A stretch of 64,000 nt of DNA from Octopus vulgaris (GCA_951406725.2 OX597816.1:17422001-17486000), one strand, 5' to 3'. Numbered from the stretch's first letter, positions 41,606-56,715 are shown. Numbers and translations: made by a program. Notes: generated by a model not told the origin, from the letters alone.

Positions 41606-43299
41606 CTAATATAAGAAAAGTCGAACAAGGCGCGAATAGGCAATGATATATCGTAATATTTGTTAAAAAGTCAGTACCCGAAGCTGAAACTCTGGGTACT
41701 TGGTTGTGGTACAGAAACAAAAAATTTCTACATTTTTTACATTATTTACATTTGGTGATAAAGTAAGACTTTAAATAATAAAGTAAGACTGAGTCAGTAT
41801 GTGCCTTAAACCTGTACATCTCTTAGAACTGTATGTCCCTTAAACACTTGGAGAACAACTTATTGGTGTGATTCGAAGACGGTTTGGTTCCTACGTGCAG
41901 GTGATTGAACTTCGATGTTAAGTCTCATTGGAATTATTAATGTTTTTTCAGTTAGGAGGAAAGTCAGAGCCAATGATCCTTCCCAGGGCTTCCGAGATTG
42001 GTGAGTGGGAAAGAAGAAAGTATCTTTAAACCGGAAACATGGTGTGTATGCTCTCAACAGAGTGGAATCTGCTAAAGTCACGCAAGTGCCAGGCTGTGGC
42101 ATAAGGGCAGACGTCGGATATAAGCCAGCCACCTAAACAACCGACAACAGGAGTTGATCTAAAAATCTCAAAGTGCTGAGAGAAATAGCATAAAACAAAC
42201 AAATCCAATCTATCACTGCTCCACCTATCCATCGCCCAAGATCGATATTTTTTCATCGACAATGAAAGAATGACGGTAAAGTTGACTTCGGTTTGTTTCA
42301 AATTCAGAGTGTAGAGATTAGGATCAAATATTTGAGGCATTCAATCTAAAGCTCTTATGACAAAACCAATTGTCTATCTGTAATGATTTTCTGTAATGAT
42401 TCCACAACCTATGAGATTGTTTATATGATCGGTGTTTAAATGTATTTTCTTTGCTTTATTTCAGAACTTTTTTTGAAAAGACTGATATGTTACTCATTGC
42501 TACGAGAAATAGTTGATTACCAAAAGCTACAACTATTTGCAGTAAATAGATCACATCTATCTGCCTAAAATACGGCCCATTGTTCATTCACCTATGGATT
42601 TCAAATAGAAAGGCAAACACTTTACCCCAACGTATCTAAGTATTCCATTTTACAAACTTCATCTCTATTAATAATGCTAGAACAGTAGTGAATCCATAAT
42701 TAAAATCCTATTCCTAAACCTGTTCTTTAAGACAAGTCTGAAAATAGCTTCCTCATACTATAAAATAACTCTGTATATTTTTGGAAAATGCCCTGTAATT
42801 TAGGTTATTGCAAATCTTAAACGATTTGTCAGAAAATATTAGACTTTCCAGTATCAGAGATGCAGATTTTGACAATGGTTATCTTCTCCGACTTCATCGA
42901 ATTAAGCTAAATAAACTAACTCTATTGAAACAGAAGCTGTTCAGCGACCATCTGAGATATTGATTTCATGAGATATCCGTTTGGCGTAGTATTTTCAGGT
43001 AAACTATTGAGAAGACGATTAAGTCACTGCTTCAAGACTAATGGCACACGTCCGGGTTATTTCTTCGAAAGCAGTGCTATGCTGCCGTCTTATGTTTCCA
43101 CAGCTAACATGAAATATCAATCTATAGAACGACATCACATATTTTATAAAATGAAAAAGCGTGGATTAAGTTACATCAATAGATATTGTATGAATTACGA
43201 AATACTTGACTCAAATGTAAATGTGATAAAAAAAAATAAAATGGTAAGAACAATATGGCTTTTGTCAAAAAGTAAAACAAACAACAAAAAACAACGACA

Positions 43300-43311
43300 A
43301 TAATAATAATA

Positions 43312-43342
<31 letters not shown>

Positions 43343-43398
43343 TAACAATAATGATAATAATAATAATAATAATAATGATAATAATAATAATAATAGTA

Positions 43399-43433
<35 letters not shown>

Positions 43434-43434
43434 A

Positions 43435-43533
<99 letters not shown>

Positions 43534-43562
43534 GTAATAACAACAATTATTATAATAATAAT
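43300..43562. repeat. (AAT)n microsatellite
   Basis: Direct reading. Confidence 0.95.
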
Positions 43563-43911
43563 CAGACGAAGAAGACGACCAACAACAACAAGAACAGCAA
43601 CGACAACAATGTCAAGAACAACAGCAGCAGGAATGATAAAATACAATATTTGATCATATTGATTTTTATTCTTGTGTTGATTTCATAAACAATATGACTT
43701 TACGAAGCAGAACTAAAATAATAATCCTCAATATTTACCAATCTTCTTGAAGGTGGAGACATGTTGAGTTAATATATTATATAACTCTTTTTTTTTTTGC
43801 AATATTTATATTCTAAAGTCAGAATTCTGTCTACATACACGTAAAGCTGTCGCCGTGCACATAATAACATCGATGAAAATAAATACACACTACTATATAA
43901 TATATACATAA

Positions 43912-43957
<46 letters not shown>

Positions 43958-44072
43958 TTTTTATTTTATCTAGTTTCAGCTCACGAGCTATGGCCATGCT
44001 GGGGCACCGCCATTTATATATACATAAATACATACAAACATATGTATATATGTATATATATATATGTGTGTG

Positions 44073-44136
<64 letters not shown>

Positions 44137-44139
44137 TAT

Positions 44140-45522
44140 CTTTTATTCTTTTACTTGTTTCAGTCATTTGACTGCGGCCATGCTGGGGCACCGCCTTGAA
44201 GGGGTTTTAGTCGAACAAATCAACCCTAGGACTTATTTTTTTAAAAGCTTAGTATTAATTCTATTGGTTTCTTTTGCCGAACCGCTAAGTTACAGGACAT
44301 AAACTCACCATCGCCGTTTGTCGAGCGGTGGTGGGGGCTAAAGTCAAACACAGACGCGCACACATACACACAAACAGGCACACATAGATACACACACACA
44401 TATGCACACAGACACATACATAGACACGACGGGCTTCTTTCCGTTTCCGTCTACTAAATCCACTCACAAGGATATGGTCGGCTCGAGGCTACAGCAGGAG
44501 ACACTTACCCAAGGTGTCGATTATATCGACACCGGTGCGTAACTGGTATTTATTTAGCCGACCCCAAAAGGATGAAAATCAAAGTCTACCTCGGCGGAAT
44601 TTGATCTCAGAACGTAGCGGCAGACGAAATACCGCTAAACATTTCGTCCGGCGTGCTAACGATTCTGCCAACTCATCACCTTTATACTCTTTTTTAATCT
44701 AGGCACAAGGCCCGAAATTTTTGGAGAGGGGGCCAGTCAATTAAATCGATACCAATACGCAACTGGTACTTAATTTATCGACCCCAAAAGGATGAAAGGC
44801 AAAGTCGACCTTGGCGGAATTTGAACTCAGAATATAAAGACGGACGAAATACCTATTTCTTTACTACCCACAAGGGGCTAAACACAGAGGGGACAAACAA
44901 AGACAGACAAACGGATTAAGTCGATTATACCGACCCCAGTGCGTAACTGATACTTATTTAATCGACCCCGAAAGGATGAAAGGCAAAGTTGACCTCGGCG
45001 GAATTTGAACTCAGAATGTAACGGCAGACGAAATACCTCTAAGCATTTCGCCCAGCGTGCTAAAGATTCTGCCAGCTCGCCACCTTTATACTCTTTTCTA
45101 CTCTCGGCACATGGCTCGAAATTTTGTGGGAGGGTTCCTGTCAATTAAATTGACCCCAGTGCGCAACTGGTACTTAATTTATCGACCCCAAAAGGATGAA
45201 AGACAAAGTCAACTTCGGCGGAATTTGAACTCGGAACATAAAGACAGACGAAATATCGCTAAGCATTTCGCCTGGCGTGCTAACGTTTCTTATTTCTTTA
45301 TTGACCACAAGGGGCTAAGCATAGAGGGGACAAACAAGGACACACAAAGGGATTAAGTCGATTACATCGACCCCAGTGCGTAAATGGTACTAAATGTATC
45401 GACACCGAAAGGATGAAAGGAAAAGTCGACCTCGGCGGAACTTGAACTCAGAACGCAGCGGAGGACGAAATATCACAATGCATTTCGCCCGGCGTGATAA
45501 CGATTCTGCCAGCTCGCCGCCT
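44140..45522 (-). mobile_element. SINE-A (44140-44515) followed by a cluster of SINE-B copies and multimers
   Basis: Five SINE-B bodies; two alternative 3' tails present. Confidence 0.85.
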
Positions 45523-46223
45523 TAGGTTGTGGGAAGATCTGATAATACAATTTCGTTGATACAGATAAACTACGACTGAACAGACATATGCTCAAGATAT
45601 TGAATCTCCGAACATACTGACTTTCTCTCGGGCATTACACATCTAATCAGTGCTAGTCAATGTCTGCTTTCATTTTAAAGATATTTTGATGTGATTTGAG
45701 GGATGTTTACTTAATATTTCTTGTAGGTCAACCGGCAACATAGTAGCTTCCTTATTGGTTCATGAAAAGTTTGTTCCCATCCTATGTATAATATTAGTAT
45801 TTTAGTATTACTGAAGTCGACTAGTTTATCAAGTCTCCACTACAAGAGAAATATGTCGGAAACTTGTATTCAAAGAAAATATATAATTAATGATTAATGA
45901 TTGAAAGAAACGAATAATAGGAAAACAAAGTATGGTAGCACGATTCTGCAACAATATTAGCGAGTTGTACATTGTAAATATGTGTTTTCAGAGATACACT
46001 TTATTTCTTTTGTTCTTTTTCTTGTATCAGTTGGGGCACAATCTCGAATGGTTCTAGCTTATGAAATAGTAACAATTACTTATGTTTTTTTAAACCCGGG
46101 TATTTACTTTATCGGTTTCTTTTCCCCGAACTATTAAGTTACGCGTGCGTAAACAAACCAACACCCTATATCAAGTGGTGAGTGTGGCAGCAAACACACC
46201 ATACATATACACACACGCGCATA

Positions 46224-46279
<56 letters not shown>

Positions 46280-46399
46280 CACACACACACATTTCGTTTT
46301 TGTATTTGGTTTGCAAGATTCTTTATGTGAATGCGTGTACTGAAGCATATTTTATTTTGTCTGTGGCGAGTCATTCTTCTTTAGCGTCTGTTGCCATTA

Positions 46400-46458
46400 A
46401 TAGCCGACGAGAATGTATCGTTGCTCTTCGCTCCGGCACTCGAAACTCCGAGTACTAT
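46400..46458 (+). ncRNA. Hammerhead-like motif, CCGACGA core
   Basis: atag CCGACGA gaatg...cactc GAAA ctc-c-gag TA ctat; same family as 38998-39056. Confidence 0.7.
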
Positions 46459-46551
46459 AATGACAACTTACTTCTTGTTCTAATTTATAACATGTATAAA
46501 TAATCCTCTATTTCTTTAATATCGAGGTCTCATTCTTTTGTTGTTACATTT

Positions 46552-46619
<68 letters not shown>

Positions 46620-47312
46620 GTATATGTACACGACAGACCGCCTTTCCAGATTCATTCAAAAGCAATGATCAGCCTGAGGCTACTGGTTTAGAATTACTTC
46701 AAGTAGAAAATTGAGCTAATGTCTTGAGTATAATGAAAATTTAATCCATATGCAGTTTATCAGTAAATCAGCGAACGATATTAATAAGCCAGTAAATATG
46801 ACATCCACAGATTTTGTGGGCATACTACATAGTTAACACTATATCAACAAAGTAGTGGACATACCAGTAAATCAGTGAACAATGACATCAACAAACCAGT
46901 GAACATGATATAAAACCGATGAACATCGATATCAGTGATATCAGTAAAAAGTGATGTCATCAAATCAGTGAACATTAGTATCAAAAATATCAGTGAACAT
47001 AATATAAATTATTGGACACGATGTGAACAAATCTGTAGACAATGATATAATCCATTGACTTAAAAACAATGTATTTATCTCAAAGATTGCATTGTGACGA
47101 GCTCAGCGAGATTAAGCAAACTAAAGAGAGGCTACCAGTATTTATAAAAGAAGTTGGTAATATGTATAAAAGGATGTATGAAGACATACATATATGTTTG
47201 TGTGTGTGTGTACGTATGTAGACGTTGTGAACGCATGAGGTTTATGTCTATGTATTCTTCAGTTCACATCCCATGTTTTCTTTTCCTTTCACATAAATCG
47301 TAATTAGGACTA

Positions 47313-47628
47313 TATTATTGGGTTGTCCGGAAAGTTCATGCCAATTTATAATAGCTTACCTTTCGATTTATTTTACAACATGGTTGAGTCCAGAAAATAG
47401 GATTTGACTACACCTCCATTTAGAGCACAGTTTAAGCTATCTTTTCGTGAAATAAGGTTTATGTTCCTATAACCTGTGTTAATTCTGTAACCCTTTAAAA
47501 TAGAAGATAAGAAAGTTCATTTTCGGCACTTGATGCTTTGGGAACCAGACAAAAATTGCTGCAGCTCGGCTGGGATGTGTTACCCCACCCTCTATATTCA
47601 CCAGATATTGCTCCTTCGGATTTCCACC
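47313..47628 (+). mobile_element. Internally deleted mariner fragment
   Basis: TIR-like tattgggttgtccggaaagttc; EDKKVHFRHLMLW fused to TRQKLLQLGWDVLPHPLYSPDIAPSDFH. Confidence 0.85.
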
Positions 47629-48009
47629 AGGGCGCACTATATTTTAGAACGTTACTATTAAAAGAATGAGCTTAAAGCAGTCATAGAATTAAGCATCATC
47701 GCTAAGACGCCTGCAGGTTATAGGCTATAAGTTAAAGATATAGATTATGATTGTATACATCTTAACTATAATACTATCAAGATATTTCAGTTTACATTGA
47801 CAACAGAACATAAAGGAACAATGAACATTGCATATCATAAATATATTACATGCTACCCGTTTATCAAGGACATATAATCCGTCCATAGCAAGGTTTCCTT
47901 CCTTCATTTAACATCAGGGAGACTAAACTTAAGGATCGGACAAAGCTGATATCAATGAAAGAAACAGAGAATGCCCAACTCTAATAACAACAACAACAGC
48001 AGCACCAGC

Positions 48010-48057
<48 letters not shown>

Positions 48058-48060
<3 letters not shown>

Positions 48061-48280
48061 CTTTTACTTGTTTCAGCCATTTGACTGTGGCCATGCTGGA
48101 GCACCACCTTTTAGTCGAGCAAATCAACTCCATAAGCTTAGTACTTATTCTATCGGTCTCTCTTTTGCCGAACCGCTAAGTTACGGGGACGTAAACACAC
48201 CAGCATCGGTTATCAAGCGATGTTGGGGGGTGGGGGACAAACACAGACACACAAACATACACACAAACATACACACATAC

Positions 48281-48319
<39 letters not shown>

Positions 48320-48468
48320 CGATGGGCTTCTTTCAGTTTCCGTCTACCAAATCCACTCACAAGGCTTTGGTCGGCCAGAGGCTATAGTAAAAGACACTTG
48401 CCCAAGGTTCCACGCAGTGGGACTGAACCCGGAACTATGTGGTTCGTAAGCAAGCTACTCCTACACCT
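48058..48468 (-). mobile_element. SINE family A inserted in (AAT)n
   Basis: Head to tail match; (AAT)n on both flanks. Confidence 0.88.
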
Positions 48469-48493
48469 AATAATAATAATAATAATAATAATG

Positions 48494-48548
<55 letters not shown>

Positions 48549-49038
48549 GGGCTTCAGATTTTGGTATAAGGCCAGCAATTTCGTAGGAGGTGAATAGTCG
48601 ATTATATCGACCCCAGTATTCAAGTGATACTTATTTTATCGTCCCTGAAAGGATAAAAGGCAGAGCCAGCCAGCCTCAGTGGAATTTGGACTGAGAACGT
48701 AAAAAGGGGCGAAAAGCCACAGACAATTTTACCCGGCTTGCTAACGATTCTGTCAGCTCACCACTTTAATAATAATAATGATAATGATAACAACAACAAC
48801 AACAACAATAGCAACAGCAACAACAACAACAGCAACAACAACAATAACAACAACAACAACAACAACAACAATAATAATAATCCTTTCTACTAAAGACACA
48901 AGGTCTGAAATTTTGGAGGAGGGGACTAATCGATTACATCGACCCCAGTGTTTCACTGGTACTTAACTTACCGGTCTCGAAAGGATGAAAGGTAAAGTCA
49001 ACCTCGGCGGTATTAAGTGTATTAAAAATTAAGATATA

Positions 49039-49453
49039 GGCGCAGGCGTGGCTGTGTGGTAAGTAGCTTGTTTACCAACCACATGGTTCCGGGTTCAGTC
49101 CCATTGCGTGGCACCTTGGGCAAGTGTCTTCTACTATAGCCTCGGGCCGACCAAAGCCTTGTGAGTGGATTTGGTAGACGGAAACTGAAAGAAGCCCGTC
49201 GTATATATGTATATATATTTATGCGTGTCTATGTTTGTGTGTCTGTGTTTGTCCCCCGTAGCATTGCTTGACAACTGATGTTGGTGTGTTTACGTCCCCG
49301 CTACTTAGCGGTTCGACAAAAGAGACTGATAGAATAAGTACTGGGCTTACAAAAGAATAAGACCCGGGGGTCGAGTTGCTCGACTAAAGGCGGTGCTCCA
49401 GTATGGCCGCAGTCAAATGACTGAAACAAGTAAAAGAGTAAAGAGTAAAGAGT
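49039..49453 (+). mobile_element. SINE family A, full-length reference copy
   Basis: A box tggctgtgtgg, B box gggttcagtccc, CORE-like gtggcaccttgggcaagtgtctt, (agagtaa)n tail. Confidence 0.92.
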
Positions 49454-49901
49454 ATATATTCTCTCTTATTTTATATATTTTTCTGCATGTCAGTTTTCTC
49501 TCTCATTTCTGTCTTTGTCCTTGAAGCTGCTCTGTTAAGAACGTTCTCAAGTGATTGTTACTGTCACGAGTATAACAGCTAGGCTTTCTTTCCTGCACCA
49601 CCAAACATTAGGCTTTTGTTTCGGCACTTACAACGGAACATAGCAGTGTATCGTTGCTGTAGTTTATTTTGTTGCTGGGACCATAGGGATTAACACATTC
49701 ATATTTAATCCTCCGTACTATTTATCATTTATCGTCACTATCCGCACTTACTACTCGACCATATTGCAGTAAAAATATGACAAAGCAAAGGTTAACGTAG
49801 CTGTCAATGTCTCTGCTTATCATCCTCGAATAGGAATTTCAACCGTTTTTCGTGGTCTGCTACCACAACAGCTCCTTTACAGGATCCACGTAGCTCAAGA
49901 C

Positions 49902-50129
49902 GGCGAGCTGGCAGAAACGTTAGCACGCCGGACGAAATGCGTAGCCGTATTTCATCTGTCGTTACGTTCTGAGTTCAAATTCCGCCGAGGTCGACTTTGC
50001 CTTTCATCTTTTCGGGGTCGATAAATAAAGTACCAGTTTCCAACTGGGGTCGATGTAATCGACTTAATCCGTTTGTCTGTCCTTGTTTGTCCCCTCTATG
50101 TTTAGCCCCTTGTGGGCAGTAAAGAAATA
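49902..50129 (+). mobile_element. SINE-B monomer with 15-bp TSD
   Basis: cac(g/t)tagctcaagac at 49887-49901 and 50130-50144. Confidence 0.9.
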
Positions 50130-51053
50130 CACTTAGCTCAAGACATCACCAGGAGGAACCACGTTCGGTTTCGGTCCCTACTCCTCTACCGTTTTGACTT
50201 TGCGGGGCCCTCCTTTCGGAGGTGTCTTCAGCTCTGGTGTTGGGTGCATGTCTTCTTTCTTCTTCTTTCTTCTGTTCCCTGGCCCCTTCGATGTAGCGTC
50301 AACGAGTGTCAGCATTCATTTTCTTTTCTATTATCAACATTGTCTGGTGGGGCTAGCTTAGACAAACCTTTCGATTGCTACTTTCTCACCTATGGTCGCA
50401 AGTCCGATCGACTATTGACAGGTTTCCCAGAGCAAGTTTCATAAAAGTTTAATTTGTTCTGCAAATTAAGAAGAAATCCAAGCACAAAGTATTTTCTGTC
50501 TTTCATTTCATTCCCGACTATCTTCCTGCTTCTCAATGATAAGACATTTCTGCTCTTTTTATGGCTTCAGGATTTCAATAGCACAACGCGTACTCCCATA
50601 CAAAATTACATATAGAAAGGGAATATGAGGAAGTTTTATGAATAAGAAATTCTAAATTTAGAAACCAGGATCATTATAATCTAAAAGCAATTATAATTAA
50701 AGAATTTACAGAAATAGATAATCTTTATATGAAACAGCAAAAATAGAGCTCGATGATAAAAGCTGATGACAAGATAAATGACAATAAAAATGACAACTCT
50801 GACAACCAAAGAATTAATAAAAACAGGCATGAACATCAATATCACAAGAATAAAGACAATAACCTATGAAGTGGCTACGACAGCTACAAAGAAACAAACT
50901 AGGTAGGTCTTTAGATGTACTCATATAGGAGCAAAGCTGTAGAATCGGGTTCAATCCCACTGCACACCTTGGGCAAATGTCTTCATATATAGACTTGGTC
51001 GGTTATGCGTTGTGAGTGGGTTTAGCCGACAAAAACTATGTAGACGCCCGTCG

Positions 51054-51115
<62 letters not shown>

Positions 51116-51522
51116 AAAATTAAATTAGAGATAAAACCACTATTAGGCAAATCAAGCAATGAAAAACATAAACCAAAACATAAAAATAAAAATATTAATA
51201 TAATATACAAAATATATAAAATATAAAATTCAAAATTTAAATTATTTAAATTTAAAATTATTAATTTATATTTATAAATTTTTATATTTTTTAAATATGT
51301 TTTAAATTTGAATGAATAAATTTTCTAATTTTTTCATTTTTAAACTTTTTAAAATTTAAATATATATAACTATCAAAAAGTATTAAAAAGTTTAATATAA
51401 GATAATAAGTAAGATATATATGTATATATATATAAAATGGCCAACAAGAAGAGTACTCCTTCTAATGAGAGATGAATATTAATGTATGCATTTCATTCCA
51501 CATGTATTACACGCGCTACTAA

Positions 51523-52648
51523 TATTAGGTCGTCAAGTATGAAGTTTGTAGTGAGGTATATGGTAAACTTTGACAGCTGTTCATTTTGCGCCAGTATTAT
51601 ATTTTGACAATCTTTATTTTTTGTTAGAAATGTGACACATCTATTTCTTTATTCTAACTCATTTAGAGCTTTATAAAGTATTTATAAATCGTTTGTGCTA
51701 TTTTTGCTTAGAGATGTATAAGTCGGAAATTCGTACAGTTTTGAAATATGAGTGCTTTCTTGGAGTATTTCATTTTACTGTTATTTCACAGCAGACAGTA
51801 TCAAATTGGCTTGCAAAATTTCGTTCTGGTAACTTTGACCTCACAAATAAGCAACGCGGTCGACGAGAAACAAAGGTGGATAATGACGAACTGAAAGACA
51901 CCGTCGAGTCAGATCCATTTCAAACTGCGCGTGAATTATCGTTGTTGTTTGGTGTTAGGAAGCAAATAGTATTAACTCACCTAGTTCAAATCGGTAAAGT
52001 AAAAAAGTTGGATAAGTGGGTTCCACATGAACTCAATGAAAATTAGAAACAGCAACATTTGGAAACCTGCATTATGCTACTTTCTCGTCCCAAAAATGAA
52101 TCACTTTTGGATCGAATTGTAACATGTGATGAGAAATGGATCCAATACAACAACTGTAAACGTTCAGCAAAGACGAGTCACCAAATCACAGTCCAAAAAG
52201 CAAAATCCATCAAAAGAAGCTGATGGTGTATATTTGGTGGTCTGACGCAGGTGTGATCCATTATGATGTCATTAAACCTGGCACATCAATCACGGCCGAA
52301 GTATACTGCAGCCAACTGTACCAAATGATGCAGAAACTTACAAAAAAAGAAAGAACCAAACAGCCTAGATTAATCAACAGACCCACTCCTATTTTATTGC
52401 AAGACAACACCAGACCACACATCGCAAAAATGACATTGGCGAAACTACAGAAGTTGGAGTTGGAAATTCTCCCTCATCCACCATACTCACCTGATCTTGC
52501 CCCCACTGACTACCACTTCTTCCAGAATTTGGATAACTTTTTGATAGGAAAAAGATTTAATTCCGACAATGCTGTAAAACAGGCCTTCCAAGATTTTATT
52601 GACTCTAGATTGCCAAGATTTTACAGTTGCGGGCTGGACAAAGAGTGA
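51523..52648 (+). pseudogene. Mariner DD34D element fossil, left TIR plus disrupted transposase
   Basis: TA+ttaggtcgtc start; WVPHEL, TCDEKW, LLQDNTRPH and HPPYSPDLAPTDYHFF motifs; stop and frameshifts. Confidence 0.92.
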
Positions 52649-53610
52649 AACTAGTAAAAGCTGAGAAGTAAAACAACACGGAAATCTAACATGCGAAGTA
52701 AAGTAAAGAAAAGAGGAAGTATATCTTAATCATTAATATAATCAATAACAACACGATAAAACTTGTTAAGGTCATCTCTAAAGATTTTCTTCAGAAATTA
52801 GAGCCAGCGCAGATGTTTGTTACGACATTTCGTATCCGAGACGCCAGATGTAAATAAATAATGAGATTGAGATGATATATGGGCAAGGAGCGTATATGAC
52901 ATATATGCTCATAATCCATTTTTCATCTTCGATCTAATTGTTGTTGTTTACGAAACGTCCGAACAAAAATCAGCGCTGGCTCAAAATTCTATAAAAACAT
53001 CTGTAAAGATAACTGTAACAAGTGATGTAAAACGCACTGCTAACACAGTAGAACATGGTATTAACTTATAAAATCGTTTAATACTCTTTATAGTGAATTA
53101 TGGTTGCATAACAAAATACCGTGTCCCTTCAAGTCATTAATGCGATAAAACCGAAGAAAAATAGGGGGACAAGTACTGCAGAAATATAACATAATTGAAA
53201 AAACATTCGCAAGATCAAAGAATGACTGAAATAAGAGATTCTCGGTAAATTGCAAAGAATTCATCGCCATGCACAGCGAAAACAATTCTTGGAGTAAAAC
53301 GAAGTGAGATAATTACCCAAAATGATTTAAGCAAGAACTAGGTCAAAATTAAATAGGTTTGAAAGCTGTAATAACAACAATAAGAGAGATAGACGAATTC
53401 TGGTTAGAAGTATGAAATGGGACGAAATTATCACGGATACAAGTTTTCAAAATAACGGACATAAGCAACTTGTGAATAGTCGTAGGAGGTCATAATGACA
53501 CAAGGAGTTGTCAAAAGGCAGAGAAAATATTAAGTAGAGAAAAACATAAGAATATATATTTCTTTACTGCCCACAAGGGGTTAAACATAGAGGGGACAAT
53601 TAAGCATATA

Positions 53611-53950
53611 GGCGCAGGATTGGCTTACCAACCACATGGTTCCGGGTTCAGTCCCACCGCGTGGCACCTTGGGCAAGTGTCTTCTACTATAGCTTTGGGT
53701 CGACCACAGCGTTGTGAGTGGACTTGGTAGACGGAAACTGAAAGAAGCCCGTCGTATATACGTATATATTTGTGTATGTGTGTGTGTGTTTGTGTGTCAG
53801 TGTTTATCCCCCCAACACCGCTCGACAACTAGGCTTACAAAGAATAAGTCCTGCGGTCGATTTGCTCGACTAAAGGCGGTGCTCCAGCATGGCCGCAACC
53901 AAATGACTGAAACAAGTATAAGAATAAAAGAATAAAAGAGTAAAAGAATA
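53611..53950 (+). mobile_element. SINE family A, internally deleted
   Basis: Head, core and tail motifs. Confidence 0.85.
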
Positions 53951-54699
53951 TGAAAAGATCCTAACTATCTAATAAAACAATTCAGAAGAACACAAATTGC
54001 TAGCAGATGTGTTTTAATATGATACTGGCGTAGTCGGGGAAGATAGTGACTGGCATCTTGAAAAGAGAACCATCTTCATACATAAAACTAAAAACACAGT
54101 AAACTCCAATACAGTGTCAACACGTGTCCCGCTTTTCAGACTCAAGAATGTTTTCAGTGAAATAACAGGGCGGTGATAGACACACGCGTGGCTGTGTGGT
54201 GAAGGAGTTCGCTTTGCAGCTACGCGGTTTCGGGTTCAGTTCTACCGTGCAGCAACTAGGGCAAGTATCTCTCTTTTACTTGTTTCAGTCATTTGACTGC
54301 AGCCATGCTGGAGCACCGCCTTTAGTTGAGCAGGACTTATTCTTTGTAAGCCTAATACTTATTCTATCGATCTCCTTTGCCGAACCGCTAAGTTCTATTG
54401 GTCTGTTTTGCCGAACCGCTAAGTTCTATCGTTCTCTTTTGCCGAACCGCTAAATATCTTTTTTTTTCAATAGTTCCAAATCAACCAAGTCAATCTGAAT
54501 GAATTTGGTAGACCGTCGTAGCTTAAGTCATTAGACGGCGGCCATGCTGGGGCACCGCTTTGAAGAATTTTAGTCGAATGAATCAACCCCCACTACTTAT
54601 TTTTTTTTTAAAGCCTGGCACTTATTCTATCGTTCTTTATTGTCGAACCGCTAAGTTACGCGGAGCTTACATACAGACCAACTGTTTCCGGGGAGTTGT

Positions 54700-56000
54700 A
54701 CCATGCGAAAATGATCTTATTGTAACTAGTATTATAGTGTTGACTAGGATCACCGTAAAGAGAGAAACATTAATTAACAATATTAATATGCTCGTAAAAG
54801 AAATAGGAAATAGAGATTTGCAAAAGCTCAGGTTTACAGATACGTTGGGATCAATAAACTTAATGCATAAGTAACGGAAACGATTAGGGAAAATATTATA
54901 GATGCATTAGATTAATACTTAAAACAGAGATAATTACAGCAAATAGGCTGATAGGCATCACTACTCTAGATGTTCCAGTTATAAGTTACAGCTATGAGAT
55001 TCCCAATTGGGTGATAAACGAGCTTAGAAAATTACATTGTAAACAAGAAAAATAATGACTGTATTTACAACATGGCAGCTAAAATCTGAGGTATAAAGAT
55101 TATGTCTACTACGAAGACACAGAAATGGAGGCCATAGAAAACTTATAAGATATCGACTCTCGGACAAGGAAAATGCAAATAAAAAAGAAAAGAGAGAAAA
55201 ATGTTACGAAACAAGAAGAAAAATCTTTTTGTCTTCAAGGAAGTAAATAAATACAAAACAGAAGTTGAAATGACAGAAAGTTGAGAGAAGAAAGGAAAAA
55301 AATACAACAGAAATGTGGAAAAGAAAAACTGAAAAGTATACAAAAGTAGATTTACAGAATGTCATGTTAAAGCGTTGGTTAGAAAAAGCCTGTGTATGGC
55401 CGATACTTAAATATTAAATAGGATGCGAATAGACTATGAAATTTTGTATATAATGAAGGAGAAAGCTTCAAGTAATTGCAGGATATGTGGAGTTTGGGAA
55501 GAAATAATTTATCAAGTTATTTATTGTTTTTCAGTCTTACACGTGTGATAGATTTACGTTGATACGCTTGATGTTAGACTAACAAGACAAGGGACACGGG
55601 AAATAGGAAAGGGGCCATACCCTGGGACATAGTAATTTACATACATTATGTTAGACTAACATAATGATACACCACTTGAAGAGAGGTGATATAAATATAC
55701 ACAAGACAAGGGGCCCGGGGAATAGGTAAGGGGCCATACCCTGGGACATAGTAATTTACATGCATTATGTTAGACTAACATAATGATACACCACTTGAAG
55801 AGAGGTGATATAAATATACACAAGACAAGGGGCCCGGGGAATAGGTAAGGGGCCATATCCTGGGACATAGTAATTCACACACATACAGAGAAATCAAGAA
55901 AATTGGCTGGTATTCTACATAAGGAAAATCAGAATTGAGTGCATCTCCTAAACGAAATATCAGTCCCAGAAGACAATAAAATATTCCACATCCACTGGGA
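54700..56000 (+). pseudogene. Degenerate R4/Dong-like retrotransposon 3' part (post-RT region, zinc knuckle, RLE endonuclease)
   Basis: ILKTEI..NRLIGITTLDVPVISYSYEIPNW; CRICG near 55477; WDIVIHT...ISVPEDN at 55860-55980; bounds approximate. Confidence 0.7.
55573..55880 (+). repeat. Tandem repeat, ~2.5 x 119 bp, inside the R4-like fossil
   Basis: caagacaaggg recurs every 119 bp; each junction carries the hairpin cattatgttag-a-ctaacataatg. Confidence 0.9.
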
Positions 56001-56286
56001 AAAGGGCCAAAGAATGAAAAAAGGTGTCATACATTGAGATATGTCACTCTACGCAGAGGAATCAAGATAACCAATATATAGGACTACTTTATCTCTAAAT
56101 TTGGCTGCTATTTCTTGCACGTTGATTACCGTGTAGAGTAGTGATATCAACCGTGTTCCATATGGCCCTTGTCGGTGTGGGGGGAGGGGTCTATATTAGA
56201 TTTTGTTGTTAAAATGAATGCGTATTAAACTGGATATACTTCAATGATGCGGAAAAGATTTTAGCTATTTATTAATACAGTTATTA

Positions 56287-56448
56287 GGCGTAGGAGTGGC
56301 TGTGTGCTAAGTAGCTTGCTTACAAACCACATAGTTCCGGTTTCAGTCCCACTGTGTGGCGCCTTGGGCAAATGTCTTCTACTATAGCTTCGGGCCGACC
56401 AAAGCCTTGTGAGTGGATTTGGTTGACGGAAACTGAAAGAATCTCGTC

Positions 56449-56480
<32 letters not shown>

Positions 56481-56652
56481 GTGTGTGTGTATGTGTGTGT
56501 ATATGTTTGTGTGTCTGTGTTTGTCCCCCCCCCCCCAATCGCTTGTCAACAGATGCTGGTGTGTTTACGTCCCCGTAACTTAGTGGTTCGGCAAAAGAGA
56601 CCGACAGAATAAGTACTAGGCTTCCATCAGTTGTCAAGCAATGTTGGGGGGA

Positions 56653-56715
<63 letters not shown>

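Noticed and set aside
52650-53510. A-rich stretch that may be a very old LINE N-terminal region
   Set aside because: No recognisable motif after translation
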